Part shown: piece by piece, positions 8,179 to 15,819 of the stretch | How the letters are laid out: the number at the start of each line of letters is the position of its first letter | Position numbering within the stretch: position 1 is the first letter of the stretch | Assembly (NCBI RefSeq): GCF_000012805.1 | Contig: NC_007484.1 | Coordinates: forward strand, 1,290,001-1,322,000 | Reading direction: 5' to 3' | DNA: 32,000 nucleotides | Origin: Nitrosococcus oceani ATCC 19707 | GTDB taxonomy: Bacteria; Pseudomonadota; Gammaproteobacteria; Nitrosococcales; Nitrosococcaceae | Translations under genes and position numbers: made by a program | Notes under the pieces: generated by a model | What the model saw: the letters and a program-made list of their open reading frames with translations, nothing else | Databases searched by the model: none | Told to the model about the DNA's origin: nothing

Positions 8179-9060
8179 ATGGCAAAGCCTTTTAAAATTA
8201 TTGGACTCATCGGCAAGCAAAAAGATCCCCGGATAGCCGAGTCATTACAGCAGGTCGCCGATTTTTTGGTGGCAAAAGGGTTGACGCTCATGATTGATCA
8301 GGAGACCGCCGCCCTTTTTCCTAGCCACCATTGGGAGGCCGTAACGCGCCATGAATTAGGCCAGCGTTGTGACTTGGCGATTGTCGTTGGCGGTGATGGA
8401 ACTTTACTCCATGTTGCGCGGAGTCTAGCGGACTCAGGGATTCCCCTGCTTGGTATCAAACTGGGCCGGCTTGGATTCCTTGCTGATGTGCTGCCGGAAG
8501 CTTTGGGCACGGATCTGGCTGCGATGTTAGCGGGACACTACCGGGAAGAGGAGAGATTTTTGCTTCAGGCGGAACTGGAACAGGAGAGTCAATCTTATCT
8601 TATTGGTACGGCTTTGAATGATATCACTACACATATTCGAGAAGTGGTCCGCTTGATTGAGTTTGAGACTTACATCAACGGTCGTTTTCTCAATAGTCAG
8701 CGTTCCGATGGTTTAGTAGTAGCGACACCCACCGGTTCCACCGCCTATGCGCTTTCCGCAGGCGGACCTATCCTGGATGTCAATCTCAATGCGATGGTGC
8801 TGGTCTCTATTTGTCCTCATGCTCTCAGCAACCGGCCCCTTGTTATCGATGCCGATAGCTTGGTTGAGATCGTAATTAGTGAATATAACACCACGCCGGG
8901 TCAAGTGAGCTGTGACGGCCAGCCAGGAATAGCCTTAAAGGTGGGTGATAAGGTCAAGATATATAAGCGGCCAGGCAGGGTTCGGTTGATCCATCCAACA
9001 GCTCATGACCACTATTCCATTTTACGTGCCAAGCTGCACTGGGGGCGAAAGCTCGGGTGA
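8179..9060 (+). CDS. nadK: NAD(+) kinase
   Basis: It carries the GGDGTLL motif (VVGGDGTLLHVAR) and the NAD-kinase C-terminal block PTGSTAYALSAGGPI. Confidence 0.9.
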   Translation: MAKPFKIIGLIGKQKDPRIAESLQQVADFLVAKGLTLMIDQETAALFPSHHWEAVTRHELGQRCDLAIVVGGDGTLLHVARSLADSGIPLLGIKLGRLGFLADVLPEALGTDLAAMLAGHYREEERFLLQAELEQESQSYLIGTALNDITTHIREVVRLIEFETYINGRFLNSQRSDGLVVATPTGSTAYALSAGGPILDVNLNAMVLVSICPHALSNRPLVIDADSLVEIVISEYNTTPGQVSCDGQPGIALKVGDKVKIYKRPGRVRLIHPTAHDHYSILRAKLHWGRKLG

Positions 9061-10736
9061 TTAGAGAGCTGCTTGTTCGGGATCTCGCTATTATCACTGA
9101 GTTAGTGTTGCCCCTGGAAACGGGGATGACAGCCTTGACAGGAGAAACCGGGGCAGGAAAATCTATTTTGGTAGATGCGCTGGGGCTAGTGCTGGGCGAC
9201 CGGGGGGATGTGAATTTAATACGCCATGGCCAAGAACGGGCCGAAGTGAGCGCTATTTTTGAGCTTGGTGCTAATCGAGCCCTATTGACTTGGCTCCAAG
9301 CGCGGGACTTGGAACAGGATGAGGAATGCGTACTGCGGCGTATATTAAGCCGCGAGGGCCGATCGCGGGCCTATATTAATGGGCGTCCCGTGCCTATCCA
9401 AACATTGCGGGAAGTGGGGAGACAGCTGGTGGATATTTATGGCCAGCATGCTCACCAGTCTCTGTTGCGGCCCGGCGTTCAACGCTCTCTTCTGGATGCC
9501 TATGGCGCTCACACCTTGCTTTTTGATGAGTGGGATCGAGCTTACCGGCATTGGCGGCAGCTCAGCCAAGCCTTGGAGACTCTGACCCAAACGGCTGGTG
9601 AACAGGCCGCTCGTCTGGAATTGCTCCGCTATCAGGTTGAGGAGCTGGAGGCTTTCCGGGCTGAGCCAGGAGAGCTGGCGCGGCTGGAACAGGAACAACA
9701 GCAGCTAGCCCATGGGGCTGAATTGGTGCAAGGGGTTGAGCTGGCGCTGGATTTGCTGTACCAAAATGAGCAGGGCGCAATTTATGCGTTACTTGGCAAA
9801 GTAAGCCGCCAACTGGCGCAATTGGGAGCTATCGATCCTAAATTGACCCCCCTGGTGGAGTTGCTGGAAAACGCTGCTATTCAAATAGATGAGGCCGTTG
9901 GCGGGTTACGCCATTATTTGGATTCCATGGACATTGACCCGGAGCGTCTGCGGTGGGTTGAAGAGCGTCTATCCGGTTTCTATGATTTGGCGCGCAAGCA
10001 TCGAATTGCGCCAGCAGAGCTCCCAACGTTAGCGGAACACCTGGCATCAGAACTGAGGCAGATGGAGAGCGTTGATAATCGCCTTGGCAATCTGCAAGGG
10101 GAATTTGCTACTGCTTTGCAAACATGCCGGGCGCTGGCTGCCGATCTTAGCAAGGCCCGCGCCAGCGCAGCGGTAAAGTTAGCGCAAGGGGTCACCGAGG
10201 TGATGCAGTCTTTAGCCATGCCAGGAGGTTGTTTTAAGGTCATTCTGGCTTCCTTGAAGGAGCAGGAATTTTCAGCCCATGGCGCGGAACAGGTCCAGTT
10301 TCAGGTGAGTGCTAATCCTGGCCAGCCTCCGGGGCCTTTGAGCAAAGTCGCTTCAGGTGGGGAGTTATCACGTATTGGGCTGGCTATCCAGGTTCTGACT
10401 TCCCAATGGGGTGGGGTCTCGGCCTTAATCTTTGATGAGGTAGATGTGGGAATTGGAGGGGCCGTGGCAGAGACCGTGGGCGCCCGGCTGCGGGAGCTTG
10501 CTAAATATCGGCAGGTACTCTGTGTGACTCATCTTCCTCAGGTTGCCGCCCAAGCGCACGCTCAAATCCGCATAAGTAAATCTTACCAAAAGAAAACAGC
10601 CATTGTTGAGCTTACCTGCCTCGATGAGAAAGAGCGGGTAGAGGAGATTGCCCGTATGTTAGGAGGGCGGGAAATTACTGAACGTTCCCGTGCCCACGCC
10701 CATGAAATGCTAGAAATGGTCCGGCGAATAGAGTAA
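9057..10736 (+). CDS. recN: DNA repair protein RecN
   Basis: It has the N-terminal Walker A TGETGAGKSILVDAL, a long coiled-coil middle, the SMC signature ASGGELSRI, and the Walker B LIFDEVDVGIGG. Its GTG start overlaps the nadK stop (GTGA at 9057..9060). Confidence 0.95.
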   Translation: MIRELLVRDLAIITELVLPLETGMTALTGETGAGKSILVDALGLVLGDRGDVNLIRHGQERAEVSAIFELGANRALLTWLQARDLEQDEECVLRRILSREGRSRAYINGRPVPIQTLREVGRQLVDIYGQHAHQSLLRPGVQRSLLDAYGAHTLLFDEWDRAYRHWRQLSQALETLTQTAGEQAARLELLRYQVEELEAFRAEPGELARLEQEQQQLAHGAELVQGVELALDLLYQNEQGAIYALLGKVSRQLAQLGAIDPKLTPLVELLENAAIQIDEAVGGLRHYLDSMDIDPERLRWVEERLSGFYDLARKHRIAPAELPTLAEHLASELRQMESVDNRLGNLQGEFATALQTCRALAADLSKARASAAVKLAQGVTEVMQSLAMPGGCFKVILASLKEQEFSAHGAEQVQFQVSANPGQPPGPLSKVASGGELSRIGLAIQVLTSQWGGVSALIFDEVDVGIGGAVAETVGARLRELAKYRQVLCVTHLPQVAAQAHAQIRISKSYQKKTAIVELTCLDEKERVEEIARMLGGREITERSRAHAHEMLEMVRRIE

Positions 10737-10905
10737 GGATTTCGGTGAAAGTTATGAAATATTCCTGGAGTACGCCAGGGGGGTAAAATCAGGGGGCAGA
10801 GAAGTCTCCCGAAGCTCTTTTTTCAGGGAAGAAAACGGATTTGTAAAATACTACCAGCCCATGCCACATTAGTTCTTAAATATCCGTTGATAAGGAGATG
10901 AACGC

Positions 10906-11688
10906 ATGAACTGGGAATTACTGGGAGATTTTAACTGGGAATTATTGGGGAACTTTTTTGCCGCGCTAGTGGGGATACTCAACCCCGTTGGAAAGATTGC
11001 GGTCTGGTCCGAGCTGGCTGGTGATTTGCCTCCACCGGTTCGCTTTCGATTAGCTTTGTGGAACTGCCTGATTGCCGCTGGATTGCTGCTCTTATTCTTA
11101 TGGCAGGGCCAGTCCATTTTGAGCTTTTTTGGGATTCAGCTCCCCGCTTTTAAAGTAGGGGGAGGCGCCCTTCTATTCATTACGGCGGTTTCCCTCTTTG
11201 AAGGAAAAGTAAAGGAGAACTTTCATCTCCCGCAGGAAGGAAAATCCGGGCCGAATCCTCCATCCATGCCTCAATCTCCCGTTCAGAGCGGGCTCGCTTG
11301 GATTACTTCTTTTTTTCGCGGGCATCGGGTACCTGCAGAGAAAGAGAAGTCAAGATCGTCCTCTGAGCTTGAGGTCCAGCGCTTGCTTCCCCACACCATA
11401 GTGCCGATGGCGGTTCCCTTGCTGGCAGGGCCAGGGACCTTGACCATAGCCATTCTTTTCGGTCTCAGGGCAGAGGGTAGGGGTGAATTTTTGCAGCTTT
11501 CGGGAGTGTTGTTATTGAGCCTTTTCTTTGTCCTAGGTTTGCTTAGCGTAGGTCCTTGGCTTGAGAGACGAGTAGGAAAGCCTTTGCTTTCGGCTTTGAT
11601 GCGAATTTTTGCGTTGCTGCTAGCGGGAATTGCTGCTCAGCTTATCCTTGAGGGACTGGAACCCGTTATATCGGGAGTCGCTCTGTAG
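10906..11688 (+). CDS. MarC-family (UPF0056) integral membrane protein with enlarged central loop
   Basis: It has the NPVGKIAVW motif near the N-terminus and the PLLAGPGT motif after the central loop. An AAGGAG sequence lies 8 nt upstream of the ATG. Confidence 0.7.
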   Translation: MNWELLGDFNWELLGNFFAALVGILNPVGKIAVWSELAGDLPPPVRFRLALWNCLIAAGLLLLFLWQGQSILSFFGIQLPAFKVGGGALLFITAVSLFEGKVKENFHLPQEGKSGPNPPSMPQSPVQSGLAWITSFFRGHRVPAEKEKSRSSSELEVQRLLPHTIVPMAVPLLAGPGTLTIAILFGLRAEGRGEFLQLSGVLLLSLFFVLGLLSVGPWLERRVGKPLLSALMRIFALLLAGIAAQLILEGLEPVISGVAL

Positions 11689-11761
11689 TATTTCTCCTTG
11701 GCGTAAGTGTTGAGCTCAAAGGAAACCCATGGCATTGCGGGGCAATATTATCAAGGAAGGA

Positions 11762-12373
11762 TTATAAGGTTCGGCTTGTCCGTTTTAACCGAAAGGTGCG
11801 GGCCACGATCAGGAGAGCAAAGAAGTCATAAAGAGTATGCACCACCATGGGTATGAGTAAATTTCGCTGCCCGCTGGCATCAAGCAAGAGGCCAAGATAA
11901 GTGCCCATCAATCCTGCTAGTAATGCGTAGGCTTGGGTAATGAAGTGGGCTAGGGCAAATATCAGATTGCTGCCTATTAAACCTAGCGTGGTTCCTCCTA
12001 CGGACTCTATCCAAGGCTGCAGAAAGCCGCGAAAAAATAATTCTTCGCAAATACCGGCAAGCAGCGCAATGAGCAGTAAATCGTACCAGCGGCAAGTATC
12101 CAGATAAGGACCCAGGGTTTCGATTAGAAACCGCTTGATGGGCTCTAATGGCCCCACTGGAAAGCGGTAGGAGAGCCAAAAGAGCACCATCAAGGGCAGG
12201 GTTCCCACTACGGCTAAGCCAAATGCGGGCCAGCTAAAGATAAGGTGGGCAAGTGGATCGACGCCGGCAAGCCACCCCAAGATCCAGCCCGCGAGCGCTA
12301 ACCCACCTTCAAACACAATCGTTAGGGTAAGAAAATTTACCCGATTGAGAAGAGGGTGGGGAGGAGAGGCCAA
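11762..12373 (-). CDS. CPBP-family intramembrane glutamic endopeptidase (CAAX protease/Abi family)
   Basis: It has EELFFRG (motif 1), FALAHF (motif 2) and a late H in HTLYD, and is multi-TM. It has a TTG start and lies 45 nt downstream of fur on the same strand. Confidence 0.8.
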   Translation of the reverse strand: MASPPHPLLNRVNFLTLTIVFEGGLALAGWILGWLAGVDPLAHLIFSWPAFGLAVVGTLPLMVLFWLSYRFPVGPLEPIKRFLIETLGPYLDTCRWYDLLLIALLAGICEELFFRGFLQPWIESVGGTTLGLIGSNLIFALAHFITQAYALLAGLMGTYLGLLLDASGQRNLLIPMVVHTLYDFFALLIVARTFRLKRTSRTL

Positions 12374-12418
12374 TATCTTAGCGATGATTCAGGGAGGCTG
12401 GGTTTTTCAAAAGGTAGG

Positions 12419-12898
12419 TTAAGTTTTTTTTACCTTTTGATCCTTACTGAACTCAGCCTGTTGGCAATCAGCGCAGATACCGTAAATGTAGAGGCAATGA
12501 TCCGTCATATTGAATCCGGCCTTACGAGCAAGTTCTTCTTGCTGCTTTTCAATGATTTCATTTACAAACTCTTCGATTTTACCGCAGCGGACACATAATA
12601 GATGATCATGGTGCTCGCCACTATCCATTTCGAATACAGAATGGACACCGCCACTCTGGCCTCCTTCAAAGTAGTGACGGGAAACGAGGCCAGCGGCTTC
12701 AAATTGGGTAAGTACCCGGTAGACGGTAGCAAGCCCAATTTCTTCACCTTGATCAAGCAAGGCTTTATAAACATCCTCCGCGCTCATATGGCGCTGAGAA
12801 CTGGTTTCCAGGATTTCTAGCACTTTAAGGCGTGGTAAAGTTACCTTAAGGCCAGCTTTGCGCAGGTCTTGGCTTTCCAAGATACGGGTCCTCATCAT
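12419..12898 (-). CDS. fur: ferric uptake regulator
   Basis: It reads LKKAGLKVTLPRLKVLEIL.., GLATVYRVLTQFEAAGLV, HHDHLLCVRCGKIEEF, and CADC near the C-terminus. Confidence 0.95.
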   Translation of the reverse strand: MMRTRILESQDLRKAGLKVTLPRLKVLEILETSSQRHMSAEDVYKALLDQGEEIGLATVYRVLTQFEAAGLVSRHYFEGGQSGGVHSVFEMDSGEHHDHLLCVRCGKIEEFVNEIIEKQQEELARKAGFNMTDHCLYIYGICADCQQAEFSKDQKVKKT

Positions 12899-13341
12899 AG
12901 AATGTTCTTTAGGGGGTTACTGTCAGGTATCATCGCTCTCCGTTACTGGGATGACAGTAACCGTTAACGAATCCTTAACTATCTATTATCGGAGTTAACT
13001 GCTTACGTGTTGCAATTATCAGCTTATGGGCATTCACCGACCGAGCTCCTGCCCGGTTGCTCACTACGTTTTTCCTGCTTCATCGGAGCCCCTATTCTCG
13101 CCCGCTTCTGCCGGGCTGTCGTTGGGAGGCTGTGCCCCTCCACAGGTATCACTTCCCGCGCTCCTCGCGGTAGCCAACGTGGATGCGCCGCTCTTCCGAT
13201 AACAACCCCAGGCCGCCTTATTGCGACCACATCCTAGCCTCAATAGGTTGTATATGAAAAAAACGCCACAGTCAACAGCACTTCACATGGCCCTCGCCTT
13301 CGCAGCAAAGCTTCACTTCGCGCTCTCAGCAGGGGCTCGTC

Positions 13342-13932
13342 ATGCGTCCATGCACTCCTTCAATGTTTAAGCTTCTCATTTTTATCGTTGGATGTGCAAG
13401 TATTGCGCTGACCGGATGTAGTATTGAGCGTTTGCCAGGTGTTTATAGAATTGATGTCCAGCAAGGTAACGTCATTACTCAAGAGATGCTGGAGAAGTTA
13501 AGCCCAGGGATGAGCAAGCAGCAAGTGAGCTTCGTTTTAGGTAGCCCTCTCCTAATTGATAGCTTCCATCCTGACCGCTGGTATTATATTTATAGCTTCA
13601 AGCCGGGTAATGAGCGCCGGAAGCAGCGCACTATTACTATGTGGTTTGAGGAAGGTAAGCTTTCCTATGTAGGTGGAGATGTTGAAATAGGCATCCAGAG
13701 GGGATTACAACAGGAACGGAGAGAGGGTCCCGTGTCAATCTCCGTGCCGCCGCGCCAGGAGGATGAGGGCTTGCTAGGCAGCTTGATGGATATGTTAGAT
13801 TTTAGTGACTCTTCTTCTGAGGATGAGGATACGAAAGAAAATCTGCGGGGGAGCAGTGAAGATACTGCTTTGCCGCCTTCCCTAGAGAGTGAAATCAACA
13901 AAAACCCTGTTTTCTTCCGTTCTTCCCCCTAA
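13342..13932 (+). CDS. bamE: outer-membrane assembly lipoprotein BamE (SmpA/OmlA) with acidic C-terminal extension
   Basis: It has the lipobox LTGCS, then YRIDVQQGNVITQEMLEKLSPGMSKQQVSFVLGSPLL.D.F...RWYYIY. The true start may be the ATG at 13363. Confidence 0.85.
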   Translation: MRPCTPSMFKLLIFIVGCASIALTGCSIERLPGVYRIDVQQGNVITQEMLEKLSPGMSKQQVSFVLGSPLLIDSFHPDRWYYIYSFKPGNERRKQRTITMWFEEGKLSYVGGDVEIGIQRGLQQERREGPVSISVPPRQEDEGLLGSLMDMLDFSDSSSEDEDTKENLRGSSEDTALPPSLESEINKNPVFFRSSP

Positions 13933-13953
13933 TTGGAGTGAAGAAAACCATTT

Positions 13954-14238
13954 TTACTTTGCTTGCCGTGCTTTAGTGGCTCGCTCCCGGCGAGCTTGCT
14001 TGGGATCGGCAATGAGGGGCCGGTAGATTTCTATCCGGTTACCAAAGCAAAGGGGAGCATCTCGTTTCGAGAGCTTACCAAAAATACCTACCTTATTTTT
14101 GTCCAAATCGATTTCGGGAAACTGTTCCAGAATACCCGATGCCTGGATGGCGGCTTCCAAAGTAGTATTTTCAGGCACTGATGCTTTAAGGATAACTTGC
14201 TTATCAGGACGAGCATAGGCCACCTCAACGGTCATCAT
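13954..14238 (-). CDS. rnfH: RnfH-family ubiquitin-like protein (RatB/YfjF)
   Basis: The track ORF is 13954..14406. Homology to E. coli YfjF starts at MMTVEVAYARPDKQ.., so I place the start at the ATG 14238, one nt after the ratA stop. The protein ends ..IEIYRPLIADPKQARRERA. Confidence 0.8.
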   Translation of the reverse strand: MMTVEVAYARPDKQVILKASVPENTTLEAAIQASGILEQFPEIDLDKNKVGIFGKLSKRDAPLCFGNRIEIYRPLIADPKQARRERATKARQAK

Positions 14239-14239
14239 T

Positions 14240-14680
14240 TTAACGCTGGCCATAGCAATCCTTGGCTCGGTTGCAGAAAGAATCAACGAGCGATGCGGTG
14301 ATTTCGCTAAATATGGGACCAAAAGCCAGGCTAATGAGCCGGTTTGAGAATTCAAACTCCATGGCAAGGGAGACCCGGCAGCCCTCATCTTCGCCGATGG
14401 GATCAAAACGCCAAAAACCTTCTAGATGATGGAAAGGCCCCTTGATTAAACGCATCTCAATAATCTTGTTCTTTTGCATCCGATTGTGGGTGGTAAACGA
14501 TTTATGGATGGCCCCACGGGCAATTTCAATAGTGGCGTAAACTTCGTCTATATTACGGCTGTGGATTTCAGTGGCGCGACACCACGGAAGGAATTTTGGA
14601 TAAGCCTCAATATCATCCACGAGGGCGAACATTTCAGCCGGAGAATAGGGAACTAAAGCGCTGCGGTTTAATGTAGTCAT
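14240..14680 (-). CDS. ratA: SRPBCC/START-domain protein, RatA (YfjG)/Coq10 family
   Basis: It starts ..VPYSPAEMFALV.D...YP.FLPWC, as RatA does. The conserved order ratA-rnfH next to bamE and smpB matches E. coli. Confidence 0.85.
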   Translation of the reverse strand: MTTLNRSALVPYSPAEMFALVDDIEAYPKFLPWCRATEIHSRNIDEVYATIEIARGAIHKSFTTHNRMQKNKIIEMRLIKGPFHHLEGFWRFDPIGEDEGCRVSLAMEFEFSNRLISLAFGPIFSEITASLVDSFCNRAKDCYGQR

Positions 14681-14881
14681 AGAACATATAGTTTAATCGA
14701 TTTAGAGCACCACTCGCATTAAGAAATATAATAATAACCGTTACCAGGGTAATAAAACGAGCGGGATAAGCCATGATGGGTACGCTTACCCACCGCCCAT
14801 ATTTAAATTTTTCGGCACCGGAGTTGGATTACGGAATCTAGCCGATAAATACGGCAATGATCTCTTAAGAATAACATATTC

Positions 14882-14961
14882 CCCGCCTTGGAGTTTCGCC
14901 ATGACTAGCTAGGTGAGGACAGACCGAACCGCAGCTAGCCATGGCGAAACTCCAAGGCGGG
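14882..14961 (+). repeat. 80-nt foldback (MITE-like) element: 29-bp stem with one A.C mismatch and a 22-nt loop; the 3' half is repeat module B, copy 2
   Basis: The arms are cccgccttggagtttcgccatgactagct (14882..14910) and agctagccatggcgaaactccaaggcggg (14933..14961). I paired them base by base and found 28 pairs. The loop plus 3' arm aligns 40/46 with 2743..2788. Confidence 0.85.
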
Positions 14962-15124
14962 TTATAATGTGGAGAGCCTAGGGGGGTGAAGTTAAAGCGC
15001 TTCTGTATACAGGTAGGAAAACAGCGCTATTTCTGGAATTGTGGCAAATAAAGCCATTGCTGAGAAATGCGAATTTATCGGACTGATTGAAATTTTGAAT
15101 GGATAAAATTTTAATCAGTTACAA

Positions 15125-15161
15125 TGAAGGAGTACAGGGATGTACGCCGACTCCCTAGCGA
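15125..15161 (+). repeat. repeat module A, copy 2 (orphan 37-nt fragment)
   Basis: tgaaggagtacagggatgtacgccgactccctagcga matches 1331..1367 at 34/37 positions, in the same orientation. On the minus strand it reads ..ARESAYIPVLLHCN*, against ..ARGASYIPVLLQWF.. in copy 1. Confidence 0.8.
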
Positions 15162-15243
15162 AAGCGCAGGGATAGGCTTATGGGGCGATCAGTCCCGGTC
15201 GCGAACGTTAGCCGCCAACTCCGAAAAATTGTAAGTTACCTAA

Positions 15244-15819
15244 TTGATTATGGCTAAAAGTAAAAAGAAATCGTCCGGTACTTCAAGTAATGTCATTGCT
15301 TTGAACCGCAAGGCGCGCCATGATTATTTCATTGAAGAGCGCTACGAAGCGGGCCTTGTGCTTGAAGGCTGGGAGGTCAAGAGTCTGCGGGCAGGACGAG
15401 TACAGTTGAACGAAGGCTACTGCCTTCTTAAAGGAGGGGAGGTGTGGCTGTTCGGTGTCCACCTCAGTCCTTTGAACACCGTTTCGACCCATATTCATCC
15501 GGACCCTTTGCGAACTCGAAAACTGCTACTTCATGCCAAGGAACTGCGTAAGCTTATCGGGGCGGTGGAACGCAAGGGCTACGCATTGATTCCCTTGACT
15601 TTATATTGGAAAAGAGGGCGCGTAAAATTGGAAATTGCCTTAGCCAAGGGTAAGCAGAAATATGACAAGCGTGCTACTGAAAAAGAAAAGGAATGGACCC
15701 GGCAGAAAGAGCGTTTATTAAAAGTCCATAAATTCACACGAAGGGGACTGCCTGCTTTAGCTGGCAGGGGAATTGGCATCCTCCGTAAGTTTGTTGTTTT
15801 CCGACAAAAATCAATGTAG
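15244..15819 (+). CDS. smpB: SsrA-binding protein SmpB, with a C-terminal tail ~28 aa longer than expected
   Basis: It reads [34 protein letters not shown].., [24 protein letters not shown]. The likely true start is the ATG at 15250 (MAKSKKK). The track start is a TTG at 15244. Confidence 0.9.

Noticed and set aside
13007-13237. Two overlapping ORFs (76 aa on plus, 68 aa on minus) in the fur-bamE spacer as real genes. I also considered identifying the block as RNase P, 6S, SRP or an RsmY/Z-type RNA.
   Set aside because: The ORFs have no RBS or domain, and openness in both strands is expected for GC-rich sequence. The conserved cores of those RNAs are absent. No clear intrinsic terminator bounds the block, so an RsmY/Z call is unsupported. 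It is kept only as an unexplained block in the findings.
14962-15124. The module B ... module A arrangement as a transposon circle junction (RE joined to LE).
   Set aside because: Circle junctions of IS200/IS605 elements abut RE and LE directly, whereas 163 nt of unrelated sequence intervene here. Module A also appears to be IscB-internal sequence rather than the TnpB element's left end.
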